Source: an uncultured archaeon (GTDB lineage Archaea; Asgardarchaeota; Jordiarchaeia; Jordiarchaeales; Jordiarchaeaceae). From it: a DNA stretch of 32,000 nt. Every line of letters begins with the position of its first letter. The first letter of the stretch is position 1. Location of the stretch: the NCBI GenBank assembly GCA_964510585.1, contig CAZECW010000060.1, positions 37,721-69,720 of the forward strand, read 5' to 3'. The translations under genes were made by a program, and so were the position numbers. This document shows positions 7,849 to 16,631 of the stretch, in pieces. The notes below the pieces were generated by a model, which was not told the DNA's origin, searched no databases, and saw only the letters and a program-made list of their open reading frames with translations.

Positions 7849-9366
7849 GTGACTATAGTAAACACCTCCAAAGATAAAATATTCGTTAAGGACAAATATT
7901 CAGGTGAAGTTATAGGTGAGTTGCCTGCGGACAACATGGATATTCTAAGAGAGAAAATCAAGAAAGTTTACAAACTTGAGGAAAAGATGCGAAATACCAC
8001 TTTAGATGAGAGAATAGAGTTTATTAGAAGAGTTTCAAGAAGGATACGGTTGAAAAGACAAAAAATAAAGGAAACAATTGCAAGAGAAGGAGGACTCCCA
8101 ATAAAATATGCCGATTGGGAAGTAGGTATGATATCTCAGGGCTACCTACACGCCGATTGGCGTGGAGAAATGATTGAGGAAAGAAAGATCCAAGCAATAC
8201 GTGGAGAAAGCAGGGCCGCTTTTCACCCCTTAGGAACTTGCGGCTCAATGACTCCCAGAAACACCCCCTTCAGCCTTACCGGATGGGCAATAGGTGCCGC
8301 TTGGTTGACGGGTAATTCCCATGTTTTGAAGCCCTCAAGTGCGGTGCCACTCTCACCATTAATGCTCCTTGATCTTGCCCGGGATGTTGCGGATGACTTT
8401 CCAATCGAAGCTACCGAGATAACCGTTATGCCTGGTGATGAGGCAGCTACAGAATTTGTATCTAATCCTATGGTCAGCATATTCCTATTTTTCGGTAGTA
8501 GCCATGTCGGGAAACAGCTACTTATTGATTATGCAGAGTATCTTAAGAGCTGCACGCGTGCCCTGCCGTTTGCCGCGGGCTTTATGAATCAGGGCAAGTT
8601 CAAAAAATTCATTTTTGAAATGGCGGGAAACGATGCGGGAATAATTTTTGAGGATGTGGACATCGATAAAGCCGCCAACTTTGTAGTCAAAGCTGCACTC
8701 ACAAATAGCGGTCAGCAATGCTTTAGCATGAAGAGGATACTAGTCCAAGACAGTATTTTCGACGATTTCCTAGATGCGATGGTAAATTATACTTCAAAAC
8801 TGAAAATGGGTAACCCACTAGACCCTACAGTAGACATTGGACCTCTAGGTTCGGAGAAAATAATGCTCATGATTGATTTTATGGTGAAGGATGCCCTAAA
8901 CAAGGGAGGCAAGCTTTTAATTGGAGGCGAACGCCAAGACCCCTTCTATCTACCTACAATAATAAAATTTGACAAAGAGCAGGTCATGGATCCCGACGAA
9001 AACAAGAGACCCTTCATGTGGGTTGAAGAAGCCTTCGGTCCCGCAAGAAGCGTTGTGCCCTTCCATAACGAGGAAGAAGCAGTGATGCTTGCTAATAGTA
9101 CCACTTATGGTATGCGCGCTTCAATTTACTCTGAGGATCTAGACAAAGCAAACAGAGTTGCCCGAAAACTAGAAACCGCAGGGGTCTTCATAAACACAAC
9201 ACCAGGACAAGTAGACATATCATTCAAAATGGGCGGTGTTAAGGATTCGGGATTCCCACCAGGAGCACGCGACATAGTAAATCACATGGTGAGAGAACAA
9301 TTCATACATATTGAGGACGCCTTCCACGAAAAAGAAAAAGTGAAGGAGGAAGAAGAGGAGGAGTAA
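7849..9366 (+). CDS. NAD(P)-dependent aldehyde dehydrogenase
   Basis: PRNTP (Asn), LKPSS, FFGSSHVG, FEMAGND (catalytic Glu), SGQQCFS (catalytic Cys), EEAFGP. GTG start; acidic C-terminal tail. Confidence 0.92.
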   Translation: MTIVNTSKDKIFVKDKYSGEVIGELPADNMDILREKIKKVYKLEEKMRNTTLDERIEFIRRVSRRIRLKRQKIKETIAREGGLPIKYADWEVGMISQGYLHADWRGEMIEERKIQAIRGESRAAFHPLGTCGSMTPRNTPFSLTGWAIGAAWLTGNSHVLKPSSAVPLSPLMLLDLARDVADDFPIEATEITVMPGDEAATEFVSNPMVSIFLFFGSSHVGKQLLIDYAEYLKSCTRALPFAAGFMNQGKFKKFIFEMAGNDAGIIFEDVDIDKAANFVVKAALTNSGQQCFSMKRILVQDSIFDDFLDAMVNYTSKLKMGNPLDPTVDIGPLGSEKIMLMIDFMVKDALNKGGKLLIGGERQDPFYLPTIIKFDKEQVMDPDENKRPFMWVEEAFGPARSVVPFHNEEEAVMLANSTTYGMRASIYSEDLDKANRVARKLETAGVFINTTPGQVDISFKMGGVKDSGFPPGARDIVNHMVREQFIHIEDAFHEKEKVKEEEEEE

Positions 9367-9428
9367 ACCAAAATTTTTTGGACAATTGTAAAATGAAGAT
9401 TATGACGCTCAAACTGGTGCTGCGCTCA

Positions 9429-9479
9429 AAGCCGGGAAAGAAACTTTTCTTCTCTTTTTCATTTACTCTTTCCCGGCTT
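9429..9479. terminator. Perfect 13-bp inverted repeat between convergent ALDH and regulator genes
   Basis: AAGCCGGGAAAGA (9429-9441) and TCTTTCCCGGCTT (9467-9479) enclose a 25-nt pyrimidine-rich loop. A T-rich run follows on the + strand. Confidence 0.5.
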
Positions 9480-9492
9480 CTGTTTCCTTTTT

Positions 9493-10017
9493 TTAGGTAA
9501 TGTGTCTTTTGAGTTCATCAATCGTTTTTTGAAATATTTGGAGTAATAGGTTCAATGTGTTCTCCGCATCTGTAAGTAGTTTTGTGAGATACTGTTTTTC
9601 TCTTGTTTCTTCATTATTTCTTGGGTTGAAGTGTTGCATAATTTTTTGGGCTTGTTTGATGCTTTCCTGAAGTTGCTTGTTGGTTTCTATCCATTTTAGT
9701 AGTCCTGCAATTATCATTTGGCTGAAGCTGGATTGGGATGAGTAGTAGGTTGTCCTATCCCCAGGTTTTTTGTGGCGTCTTATGGCGTTAAACTGTAGAA
9801 GAGTTTTAAGAGCTTGACTTACAGCGGCTAGACTGTAATTGGTTTTATCGCTAATCTGTTTCTGGGTGAGGGGTTCTGGGCTTAGTTGTATTGTGGCGAG
9901 AATTCTTCCAAGCATTGGGAAGCCGCCTCGTTCCTCCATTAACCGCTCCCAAGCCTGTGTGATTATTGATTTAGCAGATTGGAGTTCTTCTGCTTGCCGT
10001 ATTGTTTTTTCGCTCAT
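9493..10017 (-). CDS. GbsR/MarR-family winged-helix transcriptional regulator
   Basis: GRILATIQLSPEPLTQKQISDKTNYSLAAVSQALKTL HTH, wing KKPGDRTTYY, C-terminal coiled helices. Confidence 0.8.
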   Translation of the reverse strand: MSEKTIRQAEELQSAKSIITQAWERLMEERGGFPMLGRILATIQLSPEPLTQKQISDKTNYSLAAVSQALKTLLQFNAIRRHKKPGDRTTYYSSQSSFSQMIIAGLLKWIETNKQLQESIKQAQKIMQHFNPRNNEETREKQYLTKLLTDAENTLNLLLQIFQKTIDELKRHIT

Positions 10018-10048
10018 TTTAGGTCGAGATATTAAGTAATGGGGAAGG

Positions 10049-10060
10049 TTTATATATTTT
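10049..10060. promoter_or_regulatory. Putative bidirectional TATA element for the regulator and Yip1-like genes
   Basis: TTTATATATTTT reads as a TATA box on both strands, ~32 bp from the regulator ATG and ~45 bp from the Yip1-like start. TTACAAA-aa-TTTGTAA palindrome at 10084-10099. Confidence 0.4.
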
Positions 10061-10104
10061 ACTAATTTTATTAATTATTAAAATTACAAAAATTTGTAAA
10101 AAAG

Positions 10105-10755
10105 GTGCCTAAATTGAGGAACGTAAAATACTGGTTAAAGTTACCCATACGCATCATTTTCAAACCAAGAACTACAATGCAAGAACTTAAACAAAGTGAA
10201 CCAATAAAAATTCCAATAATGTATATGCTCACCCTAGGTTTAATTACCTCTATAATGGCCGCTATTCTAACGCAGTATGGCATATCCTACGTTGATCCCA
10301 GAAATTGTGGAGGCTCAGCTCAAATTCTGGCAGGCTGGGTAATTGCTCACTACGGCTGTACATGGCCAACTCTAAGCCAAATCTTAGGATACATATTACT
10401 AAACGAGTTTGGATACTTTATCCTCACAGTTGCCTTCATACCCTTTACCGCTCCGCTTGCCCGCTGGCTGACACTGAGAAACACCGTAGACGCTCCAAAA
10501 TCAGTCCGTTATTATGTTCTCAAATGTGTACAGGCAATATGCTACGGTATGACGCCAGCATCAATATTTGGGTGGATACCCAACCCAGTTAGCATAATAG
10601 GACTATGGGCCTCAGTGTGGCAGCTATACGCATTAAAAATCTTCTATGATTTTAACTGGAAAAAGGCAATAATAGTATTCGCGGCAGGTTTTCTGGGCGT
10701 ATTATTCCTCCGGGAAATAGCATCACTACCCTGGATCCTTGGAGTTATACGCTGA
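10105..10755 (+). CDS. Yip1-domain multi-pass membrane protein
   Basis: RIIFKPRTTMQEL N-terminal signature, ~5 hydrophobic segments, AICYGMTP..., C-terminal LKIFYDFNWKKAII pattern. Confidence 0.65.
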   Translation: MPKLRNVKYWLKLPIRIIFKPRTTMQELKQSEPIKIPIMYMLTLGLITSIMAAILTQYGISYVDPRNCGGSAQILAGWVIAHYGCTWPTLSQILGYILLNEFGYFILTVAFIPFTAPLARWLTLRNTVDAPKSVRYYVLKCVQAICYGMTPASIFGWIPNPVSIIGLWASVWQLYALKIFYDFNWKKAIIVFAAGFLGVLFLREIASLPWILGVIR

Positions 10756-10924
10756 AATTCTTATGAACACGACTTGCACAAATACTAATTATTTTATGGC
10801 AAGGTGAAGCCTTTTTGGGTTTTTGAAGGAATTCAGGGTTCATTCAGTTTGATAATAGATATATAAGAGAAGAGTTTAAAATTAATCTTAATTTAGTAAA
10901 GCAAATTGAATGGAGGGATAAGAG

Positions 10925-11848
10925 TTGGAGTACGATAAGGAGTTGACTTCTGAAATTAAAAAGTTCCTTCTTGATCAGGGAGCCGACCTCGTAGGTATCG
11001 CCCCTATCTCTAGATTTGAAGAGTGCCCTAAGGAAACCCACCCCCAACATTACATGCCGGATGCAACATGCGTGATATCCTTCGGAATGAAGATAATGAA
11101 CGGGGTGTGCGATGTCTGGGGGGAGTATAATCAGCCTCACAAGAGTATTGCTCCATATCTGTTCTACGGATATGGATTGTTAAACTTTGACATGTCTCGG
11201 ATAGGGAATCTCGTAGCAAAACGGTTGTTAGAATTCAGGGGCTACAAGTCCCTCATGTTTCCCCCAACTTGGATGATATCCCAGTATCGATTCATTGAGA
11301 GGGTTTTAGAGCCTTATGTTACCTTTTTGGCGGACTTTTCTCATCGCCACGCTGCTGTGGCCGCAGGGTTGGGAGAGTTTGGGTTTAATGGGTTAGTTTT
11401 GGTTCCAAAATTTGGTGCCCGTGTACGCTTTAACTCAATTATTACTAATGCCCCCCTAATGCCTGATCCCATGTATGATGGCCCTAAGCTTTGTCAGCCG
11501 GAGAAATGTGATTATAAGTGTGTTAGGGATTGTCCAACTGAGGCTTTAACTCTTGATGAAACCTTTACAGTGAGAATTGGCGATAAACAGTATGTGTATT
11601 CCAAGCCCAATAAGGTGAGGTGCATCATGGGCATATATGCTATGGTGAGAGGAACAGGGGCCAGGACGAGAAAAAGGTTACCGCCCCGGGAAAAGAAGGA
11701 GATCACTATTGAGGATTTTGTGCAGGGACGCAAGGGTATTGGGGCATTTGACCAACTTTTTCTGGAGGATTGTCGGGGTCTAATTTGTGGAGACTTCTGC
11801 GGAAAGTGTCTTCACGGCTGCCCCGCACACAAATTCTACAAGGAGTAA
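10925..11848 (+). CDS. Epoxyqueuosine reductase/reductive dehalogenase-like cobalamin and 4Fe-4S protein
   Basis: GADLVGIAP, SHRHAAVAAGLGEFG, GARVRFNSIIT, CQPEKCDYKCVRDCPTEAL and C-terminal CGDFCGKCLHGCP. TTG start with a GGAGG SD. Confidence 0.8.
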   Translation: MEYDKELTSEIKKFLLDQGADLVGIAPISRFEECPKETHPQHYMPDATCVISFGMKIMNGVCDVWGEYNQPHKSIAPYLFYGYGLLNFDMSRIGNLVAKRLLEFRGYKSLMFPPTWMISQYRFIERVLEPYVTFLADFSHRHAAVAAGLGEFGFNGLVLVPKFGARVRFNSIITNAPLMPDPMYDGPKLCQPEKCDYKCVRDCPTEALTLDETFTVRIGDKQYVYSKPNKVRCIMGIYAMVRGTGARTRKRLPPREKKEITIEDFVQGRKGIGAFDQLFLEDCRGLICGDFCGKCLHGCPAHKFYKE

Positions 11849-11934
11849 CTCTTCCATTGTAACCTTTTATTTCTTTATTATGCCCCATTTAGTTGAAATA
11901 CTAGTTTTTGGTTATTGGGGATTGTGTTATATGT

Positions 11935-13401
11935 TTATGGTTTTAGGAAGCCTTTAATGTTGTCGCGGAGTGATGCCCAAAAGGTGTGTTTTGTTATTGG
12001 CTGATTGATGTTTTCAATGCGGTTTATTCTGTAGTATGCTGGGGGGTGTGGATCGAATGCTAGCCATTCTAGTCTTCTGTATCTTCGATAAAACGGCTCT
12101 CTTTTGTAGATGGGGAGTAGTTTTTTGTAGGCTATTTTTTTCAACCCGCTGGCTAATGCTTTGGGGTTTCCAATGTACTTTACCGCGTCTAAATCGCAGC
12201 GGGCCTCGAAGACTTTTCCTATGCTGACAACGAGTGCGAGGAAGGCGATGAGATAGAGAAGAAAGCCGTTATATCCCAACACAGCTATGTAGGGGGCGAA
12301 TATGTAAAAGCGGAGGAGAAACTCCAGAATGACTAACCCGAATAGGATTATGGGGTCATGGTTTTTCAAGTGGCTTAACTCGTGGCCTATGACACCTATT
12401 AGTTCTTCTTCTTCAAGTTGCTGCATTATACCGGTGGTTATGATTATGGCTCCCAGTCGTGGCGAAGGCCCCATAGCCGCGGCATTTGCCACCTCAGTAT
12501 TTGCTATAACTATTTTGGGCATAGATAGTTTGAAAGCTTCAGCAGCTCTTTTAACAAGTTGCCAGACGTTCACCGTTTTTACTGAAATCCTGTCTGGCTG
12601 GCAATCAATGCCGTAGTCAACAAATATTTTTTCCGCCAGTTCACATGTAACTTTCTTATGCTTTGAAACTATTTCCCTGTAGATTTTTTCTCTTATTTCG
12701 GGAATTTTACCTGCGTTTGTTTTCAAAAATTGTTCATATTCTCCCATAGTGAGACTATATTGTAAGAGAATAACTTCTGGTCGATCTTCGGTGATTACCC
12801 AGTCACCCCTAGCCGCTAACCTACCAGAAAAAAGAGCAAACAATAGAAGAACAATTCCCCAAAGTAACGGTCCATAATCTTGAAACACAATGAGGAAAGT
12901 GTAGCTCAAGAATATGAACATGAAAAATACGCCATACATGCTTCGGGAGAAGAAAATATCAACCCACCTATTAGCCCTGGGTGATTCGGGAACCATCTTC
13001 TCCCCCTGCACATATGCAAAGTAGAGGGACATACTGGCCATCTGTTCCTCAAAAACCTGAACCATTAGAAGTGTGTCTTCATACAGCTCATCCAAAAAAG
13101 ATTTAGGAATATCCGCGCTGCTGGTCCGCATAGTTAACTTAATGGGAATACCAGCCTCAAGTGTAACCTCGACATAATTTCCCGTTTTAGGTATGTAAAC
13201 CTTGTAGGCCAAACAGTTCCTGCCACCCTCAGTGTACAACTCAACCTCCCTAAAGTTACGGTAACCCTTGTAACGAGAGAGATAATACTTTTGTAAAAAC
13301 TCTGGAAGATAACTCACATTTGCTGGTACCAGCTCAGTATCGATAGTGTATTCTACCACGCTTAGTAAGTTACTCCTTTCTGTCAAAGCAATTCGCCTCA
13401 A
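11935..13401 (-). CDS. M48 (HtpX-like) zinc metalloprotease with long N-terminal extension
   Basis: ANAAAMG, GHELSHLKNHD (HExxH), FEARCD (third Zn ligand), ALASGLKK, HPPAYYRI. The exact start is uncertain (ORF-track TTG). Confidence 0.85.
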   Translation of the reverse strand: MRRIALTERSNLLSVVEYTIDTELVPANVSYLPEFLQKYYLSRYKGYRNFREVELYTEGGRNCLAYKVYIPKTGNYVEVTLEAGIPIKLTMRTSSADIPKSFLDELYEDTLLMVQVFEEQMASMSLYFAYVQGEKMVPESPRANRWVDIFFSRSMYGVFFMFIFLSYTFLIVFQDYGPLLWGIVLLLFALFSGRLAARGDWVITEDRPEVILLQYSLTMGEYEQFLKTNAGKIPEIREKIYREIVSKHKKVTCELAEKIFVDYGIDCQPDRISVKTVNVWQLVKRAAEAFKLSMPKIVIANTEVANAAAMGPSPRLGAIIITTGIMQQLEEEELIGVIGHELSHLKNHDPIILFGLVILEFLLRFYIFAPYIAVLGYNGFLLYLIAFLALVVSIGKVFEARCDLDAVKYIGNPKALASGLKKIAYKKLLPIYKREPFYRRYRRLEWLAFDPHPPAYYRINRIENINQPITKHTFWASLRDNIKGFLKP

Positions 13402-13696
13402 AAAGAAGGGTGAGTCCTCTCTAAAATAATTAGTGCTTGTAATCTAAGGATAAGTATGAGTATATATATTTCTTTCATATTTACACTCCTCCGCGAAGGT
13501 TGGGGGGCTTATCCCGCCAACTCCTTTAGATAACATTTGATAAAGTTTTGCTGCAAACATTTCTATCCAGAAGTATACACTTAGAACTATTCCCACTTTT
13601 AATCTATACTAGTAGAGCTTGTAACAACTTGAGCAAAAAAATTAATATATAGTGATTTTTAAAAAATTAGTTAAACATATAAGGATATGAGTCTAA

Positions 13697-14743
13697 ATGA
13701 TTAAAACCAAATTAACCGAAATGCTTGGAATAAAATATCCCATAATACAGGCTGGAATGGGGCCCCATAACACTACAAATCTTGCGGCTGCCGTGGCAAA
13801 TGCGGGTGGACTGGGACTTATATCTAGCATCGGGATGGGTTACTTGGCTTTTATGGATAAGCCCCTTTTTGGATTTACCGAAAAAACTCCTAGAGAACAG
13901 ATGCTTCGCTCAATTGAAACTGTAAAAAACATGACCAAAAAAACTGGGGGTATATTCGGAATAAATGTGCCTGTGGCAGTCGAGTTTCAATCCATTTCGA
14001 AAGAACTCATAGAAGCAGGGCTTGAAGCTAGGGAAACCGATGAGGAAGTTAGAAGAAGAATGAAGGTCGTAGTAACCTCTGCAGGGAATCCAGAACCCTT
14101 TGTAGAGAGTATAAAAGAATCGGGAGCTTACCATTTTCATGTATGCCCCTCACCCTACCATGCGAAAAAAGTTGAAGGATTTGGCACCGATGTGGTAATA
14201 GCCTCTGGCCATGAGGGTGGCGGTCACGTCGCACATGAACCAGTACATACAATGGTTCTACTTCCAGAAGTTGTAAAGACTGTCAAAATCCCTGTAGTTG
14301 CAGCGGGAGGCATTTGTGATGGAGCAACACTTGCAGCTGCTTTGGCTCTGGGTGCAGTAGGTGTTCAGATGGGTACGCGTTTTATTGCAACCAAGGAGAG
14401 TGATTTCCATCAACCCTACAAGGATTATGTTGTGAATATTAAGGATGTTAGGGACACCGTTTTGGCTAAGGGTCTCTTTGGGAAAATTAGGTACATGAAG
14501 AATCCCGCCGCATTAAGACTTTTGCAGGCGGAGCAAAGGGGCGCATCAGAAACAGAGCTTTTCAATCTTGAAATGGTGGGATTCGCAGCTATTGATAAAG
14601 GGGACATAGAGAACTCAGCTATGGCGGGGGGTGAAGTAGCAGGTAGAATTTCAGATATCCCTACAGTGAGGGAACTTATGGAGCGAATTGTTAATGAAGC
14701 AGAAGATATCATTAGAAACAGGTTACCAAAATTAATCGTCTAG
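13697..14743 (+). CDS. FMN-dependent nitronate monooxygenase/FabK-family flavoprotein (paralog 1)
   Basis: LTEMLGIKYPIIQAGMG, ANAGGLG, FGIN, GHEGGGH, VAAGGICDG, GAVGVQMGTRF, GEVAGRI. Confidence 0.88.
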   Translation: MIKTKLTEMLGIKYPIIQAGMGPHNTTNLAAAVANAGGLGLISSIGMGYLAFMDKPLFGFTEKTPREQMLRSIETVKNMTKKTGGIFGINVPVAVEFQSISKELIEAGLEARETDEEVRRRMKVVVTSAGNPEPFVESIKESGAYHFHVCPSPYHAKKVEGFGTDVVIASGHEGGGHVAHEPVHTMVLLPEVVKTVKIPVVAAGGICDGATLAAALALGAVGVQMGTRFIATKESDFHQPYKDYVVNIKDVRDTVLAKGLFGKIRYMKNPAALRLLQAEQRGASETELFNLEMVGFAAIDKGDIENSAMAGGEVAGRISDIPTVRELMERIVNEAEDIIRNRLPKLIV

Positions 14744-14945
14744 TCTGTTTATTTTTAATATGAGGAGGGAGTTTCGGGTAAAGCTTACTTGAAGGGGTGT
14801 TTACCGCACCCTCTTTGTTGGGCTGCCTTCATTCTTTATGTTTTTGTTTAAAGTAGCACTCTTTGGCTTCTTTGGTAAAAGGATCTGATTCTAAAAACTG
14901 TTATCCTCCAATGGAGTGTGTTTGTAGAAAGTCAAAAAAAGGAGT

Positions 14946-15800
14946 TTAGCTTTTTATATGTAGTATTTTTCTGGCTTCTTTGGGTGTTGCAATTTCTCTT
15001 CCTATGTCCTCGGCCATTCTTACGACTTTCTCTACAAATTGGGCATTGCTTTTTGCGAGTTCACCCTTTGAGATGTATATGCTGTCCTCCATGCCCACGC
15101 GTACGTGTCCTCCTAGTACTATGGTAACTGCGGCTATGGGGAATGCGTATCTCCCCATTCCCGCCGCCTGCCAAGTGGAGTTTGGGGGGATGCTCTCCAC
15201 TAGGTGTATTAGATTTTTGGGTGTGGGGAGAATGCATTGACCTGGAATTCCCATTACGAAGTTAAAGTGTAGGGGTTCTTTGAGTGCCCCAATTTCTTTT
15301 AGGAGCATGACGTTGTTTATGAAGCCAGTGTCGTAGATTTCGAGTTCAGGTTTTGTTCCGTTTTCAAGCATTGTTCGGGATATGTACTCTAACTCGGAAT
15401 AGTTTTGTTTTAAGACGAAGTCTCTTATCCATTTTCGTTCTTCAAAATCGTATCTTCCTGTTAGTCCTGCGCCCACGCTGAATGATGCTAATTCGGGTTT
15501 GAAGGTGGGTATTAGTTCCAGTCTCTTCTCTAAGGGTATTGTTGCCGCACCGCCAGTGGAAACGCATATGATGGCATCGCACTTCTGTCTTATTCCTTCA
15601 ATTATTTTTCCGAAAATCTTTACATCTGTGGTGGGTCTATTTTGTTCGTCTCTGGCATGAACATGTATAATTGAGGCGCCTGCCTCCCAGCATTCATAGG
15701 CCTGTTTAATTATTTCCTCCGGCTTCTCGGGAAGATTAGGGTTATCGGCTTTGGTGTGAAAGTTTCCAGTTAAGGCTACACATATTATTAGCTTCTCCAT
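14946..15800 (-). CDS. Beta-keto acid cleavage enzyme (BKACE/DUF849, Kce family)
   Basis: ALTG, GASIIHVHARD (2 His), STGG, PELASF, ELEIYDTG, HVRVGMED. ATG at 15800 preferred over the TTG at 15806. Confidence 0.9.
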   Translation of the reverse strand: MEKLIICVALTGNFHTKADNPNLPEKPEEIIKQAYECWEAGASIIHVHARDEQNRPTTDVKIFGKIIEGIRQKCDAIICVSTGGAATIPLEKRLELIPTFKPELASFSVGAGLTGRYDFEERKWIRDFVLKQNYSELEYISRTMLENGTKPELEIYDTGFINNVMLLKEIGALKEPLHFNFVMGIPGQCILPTPKNLIHLVESIPPNSTWQAAGMGRYAFPIAAVTIVLGGHVRVGMEDSIYISKGELAKSNAQFVEKVVRMAEDIGREIATPKEARKILHIKS

Positions 15801-15822
15801 CTTCAACCGCCCATTTTTTGTG

Positions 15823-16629
15823 CTATTTTGCTTTAAAGTCTGGTTTGCGTTTCTCTATAAAGGCTCTTATTCCTTCCTTTGCATCTTCGCTTTGCCTTAG
15901 GGGTTCTGCTAAGTACTGTTCCAAGAGGAGACCTTCTCTTAAGGGCATTTCCATACCTCGGAGAACCGCCTTCTTTATTGCCCTAACGGCTAGTGGGCCC
16001 TTCTCACATATTTCTTGGGCGGTTTCCATTGCGGTGGGCATTAGTTTTGGGAGGGGCACTACTTTGTTGACAAGGCCTATTTGGAGCGCTTCTTGCGCGT
16101 TTATTCTTTTCGCCATCATCATCATTTCAAGGGCTTTGGCTATACCTATTATTCTGGGTAATCTTTGCGTTCCACCGGCTCCGGGTATTATTCCTAATTG
16201 TGCCTCTGTTAGGCCGAAAACCGCGTTTTCTGAAGCTATTCTGATGTCGCAGGCGAGTGCTATCTCCATTCCTCCAGCCAAACAATAACCATTTATTGCA
16301 GCAATTATGGGTTTCCATATCTCGAGGTTTCTTGTTATTCCTCCAAGTCCTGGTTCCTTTTCTGCAATTTCCAAGCGTTCAGCTGAACTGAACTTGGAAT
16401 AGAATTCTCCAATTTTTCTCACATCAGCCCCAGCGCAGAAGGACTTGTCTCCTGCTCCAGTTATTATTGCCACCCAAAGATTTGGATCGTCTCTGAAATC
16501 TATCCACGCTTTGTTTAGCTCTACGATAGCGTCTGGGTCTAGTGCGTTTCGAACTTCAGGGCGATTTATGGTTATTATGGCTATCCTATCCTTCTTTTCG
16601 TAAATTATACTCATGTTAAACACATCCAT
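15823..16629 (-). CDS. Enoyl-CoA hydratase (crotonase) with both catalytic Glu
   Basis: FCAGADV, GGMEIALACD and GLTEAQLGIIPGAGGTQRL. The true start may be the ATG at 16614. Confidence 0.93.
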   Translation of the reverse strand: MDVFNMSIIYEKKDRIAIITINRPEVRNALDPDAIVELNKAWIDFRDDPNLWVAIITGAGDKSFCAGADVRKIGEFYSKFSSAERLEIAEKEPGLGGITRNLEIWKPIIAAINGYCLAGGMEIALACDIRIASENAVFGLTEAQLGIIPGAGGTQRLPRIIGIAKALEMMMMAKRINAQEALQIGLVNKVVPLPKLMPTAMETAQEICEKGPLAVRAIKKAVLRGMEMPLREGLLLEQYLAEPLRQSEDAKEGIRAFIEKRKPDFKAK

Positions 16630-16631
16630 CT

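Noticed and set aside
9429-9479. Archaeal SECIS or selenoprotein recoding
   Set aside because: The stem is perfectly paired with no GAA/A internal loop, and the Cys motifs of the redox proteins are intact with no sign of in-frame TGA recoding.
10925-11848. Respiratory reductive dehalogenase or true queG call
   Set aside because: There is no Tat leader or RdhB, the protein is short, and no queuosine genes are nearby. It is kept as family-level only.
14794-14812. Small hairpin GGGGTG-tttaccg-CACCCT between NMO1 and BKACE
   Set aside because: The 6-bp stem is short and could be chance or a plain terminator.
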